Assembly: GCF_004010195.1 (NCBI RefSeq)
Contig: NC_057758.1
Span: 8,984,452 to 9,048,451 of the forward strand
Source: Chiloscyllium plagiosum
Lineage: Eukaryota
DNA: 64,000 nucleotides
Reading direction: 5' to 3'
Below, piece by piece: positions 22,215 to 37,369 of this stretch. Position 1 is the first letter of the stretch. Each line of letters starts with the position of its first letter. The translations under genes and the position numbers were made by a program. The notes under the pieces were generated by a model. The model was not told the origin of the DNA, ran no database searches, and saw only the letters and a list, made by a program, of their open reading frames with translations.

Positions 22215-25200
22215 CACAGAACAGTACAGCGCAGTACAGGCTCTCTGCACTTCGATGTCGTGTTGGCCTTTTGTTCTACTGTAGATTCAGACTAACCTAC
22301 ATACACTTCATTGTACTACCTTCCATATGCCTATCCAAGAGTTACTTAAATGTATCTGACTCGAATGCCATTGCCGGCAGGGATTTCCACACATTCAACA
22401 CTCTGTGTAAAGGACCTACCTCTTCCTAAACGTTCTTCCAATTACCTTAAAATTATGTTACCTCGTCATAGACTTTTCCAACATGGGAAAAACGTCTCTG
22501 GCTATCGATTCGTTGCATGACTCTGAACATCTTGTACACCTCTATCAAACCATCTTTCACTCTTCTTCACTCCAATGAGAAAAGCCCTACCTCCCTCAAC
22601 CTTTCTTGCTAAGAAAATGTACTCCAGTCCTGGCAGCATCCTTGTAAACGTCCTCTGCACCCTCTTTAAAGCTTCCAAATCTTTCCTATAATGAGGCGAC
22701 AATAACTGAAAACAATATTCCAAGTGTGGTCAAACCAGGGCTCTGTAGATCTACAATGCAACCGCTCGGCTCTTAAACTGTTTCCCCTGCTAAGGAAAGG
22801 CATCATACCATACGCCTTCTGAACAACCCAATCAAATTGGGTGGCAACACTGATGGATCTGTGGACGTGAAGCCAAAGATCCTGATGTTTCTCTACACTG
22901 TGAAGAATCCTGTCATTAATCCTGAATTCAAATGTGAGCTTCCAAAAGTGAATCAGTTCACACGTTCCCAGGTTGAACTCCTTCTGCAACTTATCAACCC
23001 AGTTTTGCATCATGTCAATGTCCCATTATAAAATATTACAGCTCTTCACACTATCTACAAACTCCATCAACGTTCGTGTCATCGGCAAAGTTACTAACCA
23101 GTCCTTTCACTTCCTCATCCCAGTTATTTATAAAAATGACAAAGAGCAGAGATCCCAAACCGATTCCTGCAGAACACCACTCAATTGCAGTCACCCAGCT
23201 ACAGGTATAATGCATTCCATCTATTATCACCCTCAGTCTTAAATGGGCCAGCCAATTCTAAATCCAGCCAGCCAGCTGTACCTATATCCCATGCCTACTT
23301 ACTTTCTGAATGACCATAAAATATCAAATATCAGGGGAACCTCATCATATACCCCTCTACCTGCATCAACGTGTTATGTTCCATCCTCCAAGAATTCAAT
23401 AAGGTTTGTGAGGCATGACCTGCCCCTCACAACGTCATGCTGACAATCTCTAATCAAACTACAGTTTTCCAAGTAATTCTGTCTCTCAGAATCCACTCCT
23501 GTTCTTTCCCATCACTGACGTAGAACTGACTGCTCTGTAATTCCCACGATTAACCCTGTTTTCTTTGTTGAACGTGGGAATATCATTTGCCACCTTCCAA
23601 TCATCTAATACTACTCCAGTGGATAGTGAGTACGCAAAGATTATTGGCAAAGGTGACACAATCCCATCGCTCACTTCCTGTAGTATCCTAGGGTCTATCG
23701 CATCTCGCCCAGGGCATTTATCTATTCTTGTCTTTATAAAAATTGTCAGCACGTTATTATTTAAAGCACTAACCTGTTCTAGCATGTCAATCCTTTTCAC
23801 GTTGTCAGTAGTGAATGCTGAAGCAAAGTATTCACTCAGGGCCTCCCCAACCTCCTCCAACTCAAAGCGCAAGTTCCCTCCACTATCCTTGCACGATCCA
23901 ACCCTCACTCTGGCCATCCTCTTGTTCCTCACGTAATTGTAGAATGCCTTTGGGTTTTCCTTAATCCTACCCGCTACAACATTTTCAAGCCCCTTTTCCC
24001 TATCTTAATCCATTCTCCAGTTTCTTCCTCGTTACATTTGTAACCAAACAAAGCTCTGCCTTATCCTTACCTCCTCAATTTTACCGAAGTTTCCTTTTTC
24101 CTCTTGACGAGATGGGCCACATCGCTTGGAATTCATGGTTCTTTCAACCTACCAACCCTTCCTTGTCTCAGTGGGACATCCTATCCATTATTATCAGCAT
24201 GTGTTTCCGAACCAACCTCCACAATTCTGTGATGCATTTCCCTGAGAACATGTGTACCAATTTAGGTGTCCCACTTCCTGCCTAATAGCATTGTTATTCA
24301 CCCTCCCACAATTAAATACTTTCCTTTCCCATCTGCTCCTATACCTCTCCATAAATATCGTAAAGGTAAGGGAGTTGTGAACACTACCACCGAAATGCTC
24401 TCCCACCGTGAGTTCTTACAACTGGTATGGTCCGTTGCCAAGCACCAAATCCAATATATTCTTGTCCCCTCTTGTCGGCATATCTCCTTATTTTGTCAGG
24501 AATCTTTCCTGGACACACCTGACAAAAATGGCCTCCAACCAAACTACTTGAATTGAGTCGTGTTATGAAGTTGAGAGCGTGTACTTTACCTTTCAGAGAG
24601 AGTGAATTCAGAAAGCAGTGATGGGATTGACAGCAGTCTCAGCGTCTGCTGGAAAATGGAAAAAATTTAACCTTTGGTTGTGAGACGTGTTGGTTGCTAT
24701 GTTTTCACAGCAATTCGAATTTAACCAATCAGCTTAAATTATACCCCAAGAAAATAATCCCCCAAAATTTTGAATTATACTATTTTGACAAAATCAAACC
24801 GAAACGACAATCCGACGTCTTGGGTATAAAAGGAAAAAAAAATTGGACAATTAGCCAGTGAGAGCACGACCTGCCATTGTCACACAGACTGCTGTAAACT
24901 CTCTCTCTGAAAGGGACATTATTCATTTCAAAAATGTGTTCAGCAGAAAACCAAAGACTCCCCAGGGTGATCTACAGAGGCGGATAGACATTACTGTCTG
25001 GTTTTGAAAATTGATTTGTTGTAAATTGAATAGGGGCTTTAACAAATCCGTATAATGTTATCGAGTGGGAGGTAAATAACAAGTCTTTAATTGAAAGGTG
25101 GCTGAGAGTTGTGAATACTTGTTGTTTAAAATTCTCTTTTGGAGTTAAAGAATAAACGTGTTACTTTTTTCCCATTAAATAGTGGAATTTGTGCAGTTAC

Positions 25201-25380
25201 CTATCGCTTATTCTTGAACAGATTATGAAGCCAGGTGGGCGTTTCTGTGTGTTTGATTTAATTAGCAGAGAGGTTCTCTGACAGTTCGTAAATGTAGGTT
25301 CCAATCAATATTCGGGAAGTTGAAGTCACGCAAGACTGCACCGTTCTGCACCTTTCCAGAAGGTGCCTCTCGATCTGCAC
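22215..25380 (-). mobile_element. CR1 ORF2, degraded, with an LTR inserted near its 5' end
   Basis: DDWKVAND.PTF.K..R.NRGNYRAVS; YRKDLEALKRVQRTFTRMLPGL. Confidence 0.85.
24561..25291 (+). mobile_element. Probable solo LTR (Gypsy-like)
   Basis: Begins tgttatgaa and ends ttcgtaaa (imperfect inverted ends); internal tataaaa and aataaa; CR1 resumes on both sides. Confidence 0.65.
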
Positions 25381-25569
25381 CTCAGTGCCTCTGTTGCTAT
25401 TGAGGGAGGGGGCTCTGTAGAAAACTCTCAATAAACTGACTGCTTCTTTCCTGGTGACAGCTCTTGACAGGACAAACTACTTTAAGTGAGAAGAAAAACT
25501 ACATTTAAAAATCAAACAGAAGAATTTAGAATACGTTGCCGCCGCTGGAAATCCAAACCATGATAAATA

Positions 25570-26876
25570 CAAGTGCAAGGCGCCTCAAGATATTTACTTC
25601 CTCACAGACATCTCTTCCCCTCCCTTTCAACCTCTCTGAAAGAAAATCTGTGAAAAAATGCCCTCTGAAAGCCATACCATCGGCACACCACAGTTGACCA
25701 GGCAGAGTTCGGATCGGGGAGGGAGAATGTGGAGACTGGAGATTCATTGAATTCACACACGGGGAGCCCTCCCCGGCTGTCATGGGCCGAAAGGCATCCT
25801 CAGGTGATGTCACAACCCCGAGATATGCACTAACGAGAAGGAGACCGCGAAGTCTCCTGCAGTTCAACAGCTCACCAAGGCTAATGGAGAACAGGATTTT
25901 CGGGCAGGGGGTTATGTTAAACCAGTAAGTGGAGTGAATTCGGGGAAAATATGTTCCGGCTGCTCCCTGACATAACTCACTGGACTCAGGCACTAAATGC
26001 CGTGACACTCGCTCCCCCTCTTTCGGGTTCCGGTGTCAAGTCCGATGAACTATTTGGAGATGAGCCAGAACAAAACAAATGGGCAGAATGGCGGCGAGGA
26101 TTTCAGGTCACGGGGAGAGAGTGAGAAAAGAAGTCACAGACAAACAGAGATGGAGGGAGAGAGGGAGGGACACAGAGGGAGAACAATCAATGACAGAGCA
26201 GTTTCACAGGATCAGTAGGTGGATGGGAGTGATGAAGATGAGGAATGTCGGGGAGTGTTCAATCGGAAAGCGGAGGGCAGTTGAGGTAGGGAGCAATAGT
26301 CTTGCATCTTTCTACCTTTGTAGGTTCTTTAAAAATTAGCGTCCCTGCAGTGTGGAAACAGGCCATTAGGCCCAACAAGTTCACACCGACCTTCCAACGT
26401 GTATCCAGACCCATTCCCCTTTCTGATTACTCTTCACGAACCCCTGACTCATGCATCCAGCTGACACATCCCAGGACATCTGGGCAGTTTAGCATGGCCA
26501 GTTTCACAAACCTGGACTGTGGGAGGAAATCGGTGCACCTGGATGAAACCCACGCAGACACAGGAAGAATGTGCAAACTCCACACAGACAGTCACCCGAG
26601 GCTGGAAGCGAAGCCAGCTCCCTGGCACAGAGAGAGCACAATGCTAACCGGTAGTATGGTGGCTGCAGGTGCCCAGACGGAGCAAAAGGAGGAGGTGAAC
26701 CTCGAGTGGGAGGGCGTAGGTGGACAGAAAAGCGGAAAGGCAGCAGAATTGTAAAGGAAGGGGAGGGTCTGAGAGGAGGCTAAGGTAGAACTAATGTGGA
26801 GACGGTGAGTACATTTGTGCCGGCAAGGATCCTACGATGTTTGATTTAGGGCCGGCGGGCATGGAGAGGGCAGTTG
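25570..26876 (-). repeat. Arm 2 of the diverged inverted repeat, split by a SINE
   Basis: Reverse complement is collinear with 15038-16350. Confidence 0.85.
26347..26650 (-). mobile_element. HE1-type V-SINE
   Basis: aaacccacgcagacacagg.agaatgtgcaaactccacacagacagtcacccgagg. Confidence 0.9.
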
Positions 26877-26959
26877 ATCAGCTCGAGCCTACTATCTACA
26901 GAGCTCCAGCTGGAGCCAAGGTGACAACAACAATAGGGTCATCGCTGAAAAAATCAGAG

Positions 26960-27700
26960 TCTAACAGGAACTTAATCAGGTGGGCCAATGAGTTGTAGAT
27001 GAACTTCAGTGTTGAAAATTGTGAGATGCTGCATTTTGGTGAGGCAACCCCAGGCAGGATTTATGCAGTTAATTATATGTCCCTGCGGAGTGTCACAGAA
27101 CAAAGAGACCTGGGGTACAGCTACATTGTTCCATGGATGTGGAGTCTCAGGTAGAAAGGCTGGTGAAGAAGTTTATTCGCACACTTGCCATAATTGGGCT
27201 AAGTCTCAGAATTGGGAGGTCATGTTGCAGCTCTACAGGACATTGATTAGGGCACTTTTAGAACAACATGTCCAGTTTTTATCTTCCTTCTTTCGGATGT
27301 ATGTTGTGAAATTGAAAAGAGTTGAGAAACAATTAACAAGAATGTTGCAAAGGTTGGATGGTTTGAGCAACAGAGGGAAACTAAATAGGCTGTGGCTTTT
27401 TTACCTGGAGCTTCGAAAGCTGAAGTTTATCAAATTACGAAGTCCATGGATAGGATAAATAGACAAGGTCTTTTCCGTTTGTTGGGGAGTCCAGATCTGG
27501 ATATGGCCTAGGTTTAGGGTGAGGGGAAAGATATAAAATGGACCTAAGGGGCAACATTGTCACGCAGTGGGTGGTGCGTGTATGGAATGAGCTGCCCAAG
27601 GGAATGAAAGAGGCTCGGACAGTTACAGCATTCAAAAGGCTTCTCAACGGGGCCACGAATAAGAGGGATTTGCAAATATATGGACAAAATGCTGTGACAT
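26960..27700 (+). mobile_element. CR1 3' fragment
   Basis: VMLQLYRTLIRALLEQ; FTQ-like VTQWVVRVWNELP. Confidence 0.85.
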
Positions 27701-27804
27701 TCCGGTACACAAACACTCATTCTGTGACACACAATATAACGGAACATTCACTTCTCACTTTCTCCTTCTCTTAATCATTTTTCACCTTCGCAACCTTTTC
27801 CTTT

Positions 27805-28490
27805 CAAAATGGACGCCGACCGCACCGCCGCCACCTATTGGCTGGTAGGCAGATCCATCGTTGTCTCCTTCCCCGCCACTGATTTTCGTTTAAACTGGAC
27901 CTCTGTCTATCATGTTTTCCCACCTATCCTTCCCTCTAATTGTTTGGTACAACACTCCATGGTGCTGACCTGCCCATTTTCCTACTTATGATTGGCTCAA
28001 TAGCCAGCCCGCCATTTGCCTATCGTTCCAACGTTCCAATGTGTTGTACTGGCCAATCCCCACTGAATACGTCTCCACTATCTGTATTCTGATTGTTGGA
28101 GATGCGGAGCATGTCCTCTCATTATTACCCATTGACCCTGAATAATCTACTATGATTGGACAATGCAACAGTCCCTCAACACCCTCACGATCTTCCAATG
28201 GCCTTCCTGCCTGTCCATCAAGGAAAACATAATTGATTTGCCAGAGGCAGGCTGTCAATCAACCGCCCACAGCTCATTTTACTCGCTGCAAGCTTTCTCC
28301 CTTGGCTCAACCAGTGAAACCTCATACCTCAGTCCCAACAACTCGCTGCCTTAACATTGGCCTGTCCAATCACAGCTGGGTTTCCTCTCTTCCCCCGATT
28401 GTTGGAGCCGAATCCCTCCTCACTTGTCATTAGTGCCACACCCTGCCAGGGTCCTCTTCATCCTAATTGGTCATTTTCCCATTAGCCAGA
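27805..28490. promoter_or_regulatory. CCAAT/ATTGG-rich promoter-like tract
   Basis: At least 8 ccaat/attgg boxes; YY1-like caaaatggacgcc at ~27805; cccgcc boxes. Confidence 0.4.
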
Positions 28491-28849
28491 GGTAGGAGCT
28501 GAGACTCACTCCCAATGACTCCCCAAAACCTACAACCACATGTACAATGGAGTGAGAAGTCCATATTTCCTCATTCAGTCCATCTCCATCACCATCAATG
28601 GATTGAACAACAGGAGCTGGGACTGCCCGATTCCCCCAATCATCCACAGGAGAGTGAACAATAGGAGCAGGAAATGTCCCATCCCCTTTTCCATCCATAA
28701 ATGTACTATTTACAGGTGCTTCTGGCAGGATGGATGTGGTGGAAGGGGAGAGGAGGAGCTGCATGTTTGATGATGGAGCACATTCAAGCAATGGCCAGAT
28801 GCAATAAAAGAAGGATCATCCACTGAGGCTTTATGAAAGGTGCTAACAA

Positions 28850-31390
28850 CCAAGCAGGTAATGGTAACATTATACTATAATCCAACAAATAGTCAATGGG
28901 AATTACGAGAACAAATGTGAAGGGAGATCGAGGAGACATGCAGGAGCAATAGGGTTGTTACAATAATGGATTTTAATTATTTTAACACAGAATAGGATTG
29001 ATAGAGGGTATAGGACTCAGATGAGTTGGAATTTGTTAGGTCCGTTCAGGAAAGTTTTCTCACGCAGTATATAGAGGGTCATATTCCAGATGGGGCAAAA
29101 CTCGATCATCTCCTGGGAAATACGGCAGGACAGGTGACTGAGGTGACCGTGGGGAAGCACTTTGTGACCAGTAAATATAGGTCTTTAATTTTAAAATAGA
29201 TGTAGAGTTGGACAAAACTGGTACACAGGGTCAAGTCCTAAATTTGGAAAGGCCAATTTTGATGGAATTAGACAGAAGCATGCAGGTCTTGATCGGAACA
29301 GGTTGTTTGCAGGTAAAAGGGTACACGGCAAGTGGCAGGCCTTTAAAATTGAGATAGCCAGAGTTCCAGCTCTATATGTTCCTGTGTGAGTGAAGGGCAA
29401 GAATGGCAGGAATATGGCACCTTGGATGACAAAAGATTTTGAGGCTTTGTGCAGAAAAAAGTAGGTGTGGCTTAGGTACAGGCAGCCAGGATGAAGGGAA
29501 TCCTTGAATGTACACACGGAATACAGGAATTTACTTCAGAAAGAAATCATGAGGGCAAAAAGAGGGTAGGAGATAACCTTGGCTGAGAAGGGTAGAGCGA
29601 ATCCAAAAAGGTACTTTAACTACATTAAAGGTTAAATTATAAATTCAGAGAGAATAGGGGTCTCCAAGGGCCATGTATGCGTAGAACCGCATGAGATGGG
29701 CGACTTTCTCAATAAATATTTCTGCTCTATATTTACCGTGTGAAAGACATGAAGCCCTGTGAACGTGGGGACGTTATTGGTGATATTTTGTGGGCAATCT
29801 GTATTAAGTAGATGCAGTGTTGGATGTATTAGAATAAATGAAGTTGGACGATTTTCCTGGCCCTGACCAGATATATCGAAGAACACTGCAAGAATCCAGA
29901 GAAGAAATTATGTGGGTCCTGGCAGTTAGTTTCACAACAAAATTCGTCACAGCCAGAAGATTGAAGGATAGCGAATGTTGTATCCATATTCATGCAAAGA
30001 AAAGTCTGTGAACTACAGACTCGTAAATGTAACATCTGTGTTGGGTGAGGTATTTGAGAATTTTCTGTGGTATAAGGTGCACATGCAGTTCGACAGTAAC
30101 GGTTTGATGAAGAGAAGTCAGCATGGCTTTCTGAGTGGGAGATCATTCTTACAGACTTATTAAAATGCTTTGATGAAGTGACAGGAATGTTGAGAAGGAC
30201 AGAGCCGCAGATGTCGTCAACATAATTTTCAGTGAGGCCTTTGGTAAGTTTCCAAAGGGTAGGTTGCTTTGAAAGTTAGATTGCAAGGAATAAAGATCAA
30301 GCTGGTAAAATTGGATATACAATTGTACCGATGGTCGGAATCAGAGAGTAATAGTAAAAGAATGCTTGTCGGACTGGAGGCCTGTCGTTAATGGAGTGCC
30401 TCAGGAGTCGGTGCTGTGTGCATTGCTGTTTATTTTCTGAATCAATGACTTGGAAAAGAATGTCAAAGCATGATTACTGAGTTTGCTGATGATGCTGAAA
30501 TAGCCGGTATCATGGACAGTGAGGAAGTTAAACACTAATTGCAGCACGAAATTGCTGAGCTGGGGAAGTGGGGAGAGTAACGGCAAATGGAGTTTAATAT
30601 AGCTATGTGTGAGGTCTTGCTTTTTGGAAAGTCAAATCAAGGTAGAATTTTCATGCTGAATGAAACAGAGGGATCTTGGAGTACAGGTTAACAGTTCTCT
30701 GAAAGCGGAGCAACAGATAGGCAGGGCAGGGAGGAAAGCTTTTGACACATTGCCCTTCAACAGTCGGAGCATTCAGTATCGAAGTTGGGAAATTATGTTG
30801 CAGTTATACAAGACGTTGGTCACGCCGCACGTGGACTATTATGTAAAGTTCTGGTGACTTTCCAACAGGAAGGATGTCATTAAACTGGAAGGCGTTCAGG
30901 AGAAATTTAAAATGTTGTGGTTTGGCCTCAAAGGTCTTTGTTATAAAGAAAGGTTAGACAAGATATGACATTTTCTTCAGAGCGTGGGAGACTGAAGGAT
31001 ACCTTTTTGAGGTGTATAAGATCATGACAGACATGGATAGGGTGAATGCAGTCAGTCTTTTTCCGAGGGTTGGGGAATCGAGGACTTTTTCCGAGGACTA
31101 GAGGGCATCAGTTGAAGGTGATAGGGGAAAGAACAAAAGGGAACATGGGGGTCAACTTTTTCTTTACAGAGGGTAGCACGCATATGTTATGAGCTGCCAG
31201 TGGAAGTGATTGAAGAGGTTACCTTAACAACATGTAAATGGAATTTGGATAAATGCATAGATAGGAAAGGATTAAAAGTACATGGGCCAGGTGTAGGGAC
31301 ATGGAGTGAGCGTGAACAGACATTTTGGTCGGCATGTATCATGTTGGGCCAAAGGCCTGTCTCCGTGCTGTAGGACTCGATGACGCTATG
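28850..31390 (+). mobile_element. CR1 ORF2 remnant from EN to 3' tail
   Basis: NYRLVNVTSVLG; SQHGFLSGRS; LQLYKTLVTPHVDY; gactcgatgacgctatga tail. Confidence 0.9.
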
Positions 31391-31919
31391 AGTGAACAAC
31401 AGGAGCTGAGATTGCCTCTTTAACCCATCAACCACAAGGGAGTTAGCAACCTCTGTATGGATTTCAGATCTGGGACCAATGTGTGATTGTGTGTCAGGTG
31501 AGGAGGGAAGAGAGGCATAGGCGATGCAGTCTGGATTCAAGTATTGTGCTGCTGCCTTCTCTTTAACTCGCTACTACCACCTCCCGTCCCAATGCATGCA
31601 TTTGTCAGGTCATTTGCAGGAATTGTAACTTAAGTAGTAACCTGATATGTTTTCAGCAATTCGTTCACGGTTGGATGTAATCTTACTTGGCGACGTTATT
31701 CTGAGGCTTATTTTTATGTTTAAGGGGAAAGTTTGATTTCTTAATTTTTTTTTTTTTATTATTTCTGATTAATGCAATATCATTTTGAAAATTATTTTTT
31801 TTCTAATGAAAGTTTCAGCTGAGCCGACAGCTCAGAATAAATATCTTTCTTGGCTTTCTTGGACATCTGAAATGTCTTTGCTGTAAATACAAATGCTTCA
31901 GAATTGATCACATTTATTT

Positions 31920-32890
31920 TAGAACAAATAACAAAGAAACCTTACAGCCCAGGAACAGGCCCTTCGGCCCTCCAAGCCTGAGACAATCCAAACGCTCTGT
32001 CTAAACCTATCGCCCAATTCCAAACCAACTGCTCACCACTTGCTCATGCATCTGTCCAGATGCACCTTAAATGAATCTACCGTGCCTGTCTCGACTACCT
32101 ATGCTGGCATCGCGTTCCAGGAACGTACCACCCTCTGTGTAATGTATTTGACACGTATATCTTCCTTAAACGTTTCACCTCTCAACTTGAACGCGTGACC
32201 TCTCGTTATTGAATCCCTCACCCTGAGAACAAGCTTATCTCTATCGTCCCTGTCTATACCCTTCATGAAATTGTAGACTTCAATCGGTTCTTCACTCAAT
32301 CTCCTTTTTTCAAATGAAAACAATCAAGCCTACTCAACCTCTCTTCGTAGCTAGCACCCTCCATAACATACAACATCTTCGTAAACCTTCTGTGCACCCT
32401 CCCCAAAGAGTCCACATCCTTTGGGTAATGTGGTGATCAGAACTGTATACAGGATTTTAAATGCGGCCGAACCAAAGTCTTGTACAATTTTGACATGACC
32501 TGCCAGCTCTTATACTCAATAGCCCGTAAAAAGAAGGCAAAAATTTCATATACCTTCTTGACCACTGTATCGACATGTGCAGCCACCTTCAGGGTACAAT
32601 GGAAATGAACTCCCAGATCTCTCTGCTCATCGACTTTTCCCACGGCGCTTCCACTCACAGTATTGTTCGCTCTCGAATCAGACTTCCCGAAATGCATCAC
32701 CTCACAATTGTCTGGACTGAAATCTCTCTGCCCAACTCTCCAGTCTAACTATATTGTCATGTATTCTTTGACAGTCCCCTATGCTTTCTGCTATTCCACT
32801 AATCTTCGTGTCGTCTGCAACCTTACTGATCAGACCAACAATGCCCTGTTCCAGATTATTTCTGTATATTGCAAACAGCAGTGGCCCCAT
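31920..32890 (-). mobile_element. CR1 3' part
   Basis: KVADDTKI; LYKTLVRPHL; TRGHAFKLRG. Confidence 0.9.
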
Positions 32891-33599
32891 CAATTTAACT
32901 CGAGCTAATTGTATTAGAAGAATTCGCTTCTCAGAAGCTGCCGTCTTTGGTACAACATTCCCTGGAGAAACACCAGCCGCTTTTCCCACAGTGGTGTATT
33001 ACTTGATCGCCAGCAATTTGCAACTTTTGAGAGTGAGAACATGTCAGTTATACTGATTTCTTTATATCTTTGGCAACATCTTTTTGAACAACTTGGGGCA
33101 CATTTTCGAGAGTCAACGGGAACATGGAGTGGAGATGACAAACAGATTAATCACAATCTTATCACATAGTGAGGAGTCTCGATGGACTGAATGGCCATCC
33201 TGCTCTTCGTTCATATCTCCAATGTATGACAGTTTCCTGCCACTACAAGATTCAGTACTTTTCACTGAGAGCCCTAGTGGAGATTTCATCCTGCAGCTCC
33301 AAGCTCAGCAAGCCATTCTTCTTCTTTTCCCCTCAGCGATTCCAAACGAGCTGCGAATTTTACTAATCTCCACGTACCTTCTCTGTGAAGCGCCCACGTC
33401 AATTAAACAAAACAGACGCCTAACATGAGCATACCCATGCAAACGTGGCACGCTATTGAAACAAACCTTTCTTCATTCGGTGCTTCTTCTGGCATTTGAA
33501 GCATCCACCTCACTGGAAGCAAAGTGGTGAGGGTGGCCAGTCCAGCAGAAAGAAACCCTCTGAGCCTCCCACTTCATTCACTGGCAGGATGAATATGAT

Positions 33600-34647
<1,048 letters not shown>

Positions 34648-34819
34648 CTGTAAAAGTAGTTTGAAGAGTCATCCATATCTCAGTGCAAGATATAAATTCA
34701 GAAGAAAATATTCTAAAGGAGTTGCAAAATCAGACTAATTGATAGATTTCTATTTACTGTTGTTGTATACTCGGTGGGCTGAACAGCCCCTTTTTGTGCT
34801 GCATCGTCAAATGCTTGTT

Positions 34820-35660
34820 ATCGAGGCATAGAGATGTACAGCACAGAAATACACCTTTCTGTGCATCTCTACGATGCCGACCAGATATTCGAACGTAATC
34901 TAGTCCCATTTGCCATCACCCGGCCCATATCCATGTAAACTTTCCTATTCACGTCCCCATCCAGCATTACTTTAAATGCTGCAACTATACTAGCCTCCAC
35001 CACTTCCTCTGGCAGCTCTTTCCAAATGCACACCACGGTCTGTGTGAAAATGTTGACCCTTAGTTCACTTTTATATCTTTCTCCTCCCACCCTAAATCTC
35101 TCGTCCTGGACTGCCCCGTCCCATGGAAAATGTGTTACCTATTTATCCGATCCACGCCCCCTTTGATTTATAAACCTCTGTAAGATTACCTCTCAGCCTC
35201 CGACGCTCCAGGGAAAACAGCTCCAGCATGCTCAACCTCACGCTATTGTTCAAACCCTCCAACCCTAGCAACATGCTTGTAAATCTTTTCTGAACTCTTT
35301 CAAGTTTCAGAACAACCTTCCAATAAAAAGGAGACCAGTATTGTACGCAATATTCCAAAAGTGGCCTAACCAATGTCCTGTGCAGCTGCAACATCACCAC
35401 CCATCTCCTGTACCCAATGCTCTGACCAATAAAGGAAAGCCTACCAAACGTCTTCTTCACTATCCTATGCTACTGTGACTCTAATTTCAATGTGCTATGA
35501 ATCTGCACTCCGAGGTCTCTTTGTTCGACAAAAACCCCCTACCCCCAAGACCTTACTATTAAGTGTATAAATTCTGCCTTTATTTGCTTTTCCAAAATGC
35601 AGCACATCTCATTTGTCTAAATTAAACTATATTTGCCATTCCTCAGCCCATTGGCCGATT
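34820..35660 (-). mobile_element. CR1 3' part
   Basis: RPLLEYCVQYWSP; RRRLRGNL. Confidence 0.9.
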
Positions 35661-36845
35661 TGAATTGAATTGATTTAAATTGAATTGAATTCAATTCAAT
35701 TTATTGTCACGTGTACCGAGGCAGTGAAAAGATTTGTATTGTGAGCAGTACAGAAAGATCCGCATAGTTAAGTAGCACAGATCGTAAATAATAGGTAGAC
35801 AGCAGCAAAAACAAAAACACGGGTACAGGAGAATGTTAAGGGTTTGGGAATTCATTCAGTATTCTAACAACAGTAAGGCAGAAACTTCTCCGAAACCAGC
35901 TGATGCGTGTGTTCAGGCTTCTGGATCTCCTCCCCGATGATCGTGGTTGTAGAAAAATATTGCCAGGGTGGAATGGAGTTTTAAGAATGTTGGCGGCCTT
36001 CCCTCGATAGTAGGCCTGGTTGATAGATTATATAGATGAGAGGTTGACTTGTGTGATTGTCCGGGCCGAGTTCACCACTCTCTGTAACCGTCTCCGACCT
36101 TGAATGATGCAGTTGCCATACCAGATAGTGATGCTTCCAGACAGAATGCCCTCGATGGATAACCAAAAAAGTTGGCAAGGGTATTTGCGCTCATGCCAAA
36201 TTTCCTCATATGCCTGAGGAAGTTTAGACGTTGTTGGGCCTTTGTAAACAATGGGTCCACATGAAGAGTCCAAGAAAGCTTATTGTGGAGTACAACACCC
36301 AGGAGCTTGACACTCTCCACTCATTCCACATCTGTGCTGTTAATGTGCAGGGGTGCATGAGTATCATCTCACTGAAAGTCAATAATGAGTTCCTCGGTTT
36401 TGCTGGCATTGAAAGTAGATTGTTCTCAGTGCACCATCTTGCCTGGTCTTCCCAGTCTCGAGGGATAAAGTGTTGAATGCTGTACTGTAGTACTGCAGGA
36501 TTCTTACAAAGCTGTTCTTGGTGTTAAGATGTTCTAGGGAGAAGTGAATGGCAAGTGATGTGGCTTCTCACGTGGATCTGTTGGTCCATTAGGCAAATTA
36601 GAGTGCGTCAAGAATGTTGGGAGGTTGGAGTTGATTAATGCCATGACCAGCCTCTCAATGAACTTCATGACCACCGACGTCAGGGCCACAGAGTGTAGTC
36701 ATTGAGACATGCTGCATGAGTCTTGTTAAGCAGAGGGATGATGCTGGCCCTGTTGAAACAGGCAGTGACATTGGCCTGCTGCGGAGAGAGGTTGAAGATG
36801 TCCGAGAAGACCTCTATCAGTTGATATGTACATGCTCTGAGTCCA
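35661..36845 (-). mobile_element. Rex1/Babar-type LINE 3' part with (TTCAA)n tail
   Basis: KAQQRLNFLR; SIEGILSGSITIWYGNC; LQRVVNSA. Confidence 0.85.
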
Positions 36846-37369
36846 CCAATCTTTGATCAAGATCCCGTTGTATTCTAAGGTAACATTCTTCGCTGTCCAA
36901 TTTTGGCGTTGCTTACCAACCCACGAACTATATCTCCGATATTTTCATGTTACGTCCTTTTCACGTTCTCGTACTATCTGGGAAGTTTCACATGGGGCAT
37001 GTGCGAGTGCACACCATCAGTGACGCAATGGCCCATTCCCAAACAATGTGTGGAGTTCAGGTTATCGCAGCTCTTTCTTAATTGAAAATTTCAAATAGTG
37101 TTTTACAATTCTGAATTTCATCTTTTCACCAAGAGTTTTCTTCTGTCCAGGAGGGGATGGTGGAACTTGGAAACTGTTGGAATATAATTCTGTCAAGAGA
37201 ACTGGAATTGTAAGCGAACCATCAGTGATAGTGACCCCGGAGATATCATCGATTGTGCTGATAACTCCGCTGGTTTGCTAATGTCCTTCAGGTCATCATT
37301 TCCTGGTCTGGCCCGACAATCCACAGCAATGTTCTCTGAAGTGGCTTGAGCATGTCACTCAATTCAGGG

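Noticed and set aside
25884..25930. Ig/TCR J segment (FGQG followed by gtaagt)
   Set aside because: No upstream RSS, wrong spacing to the donor, and FGxG is not conserved in the paralogous arm
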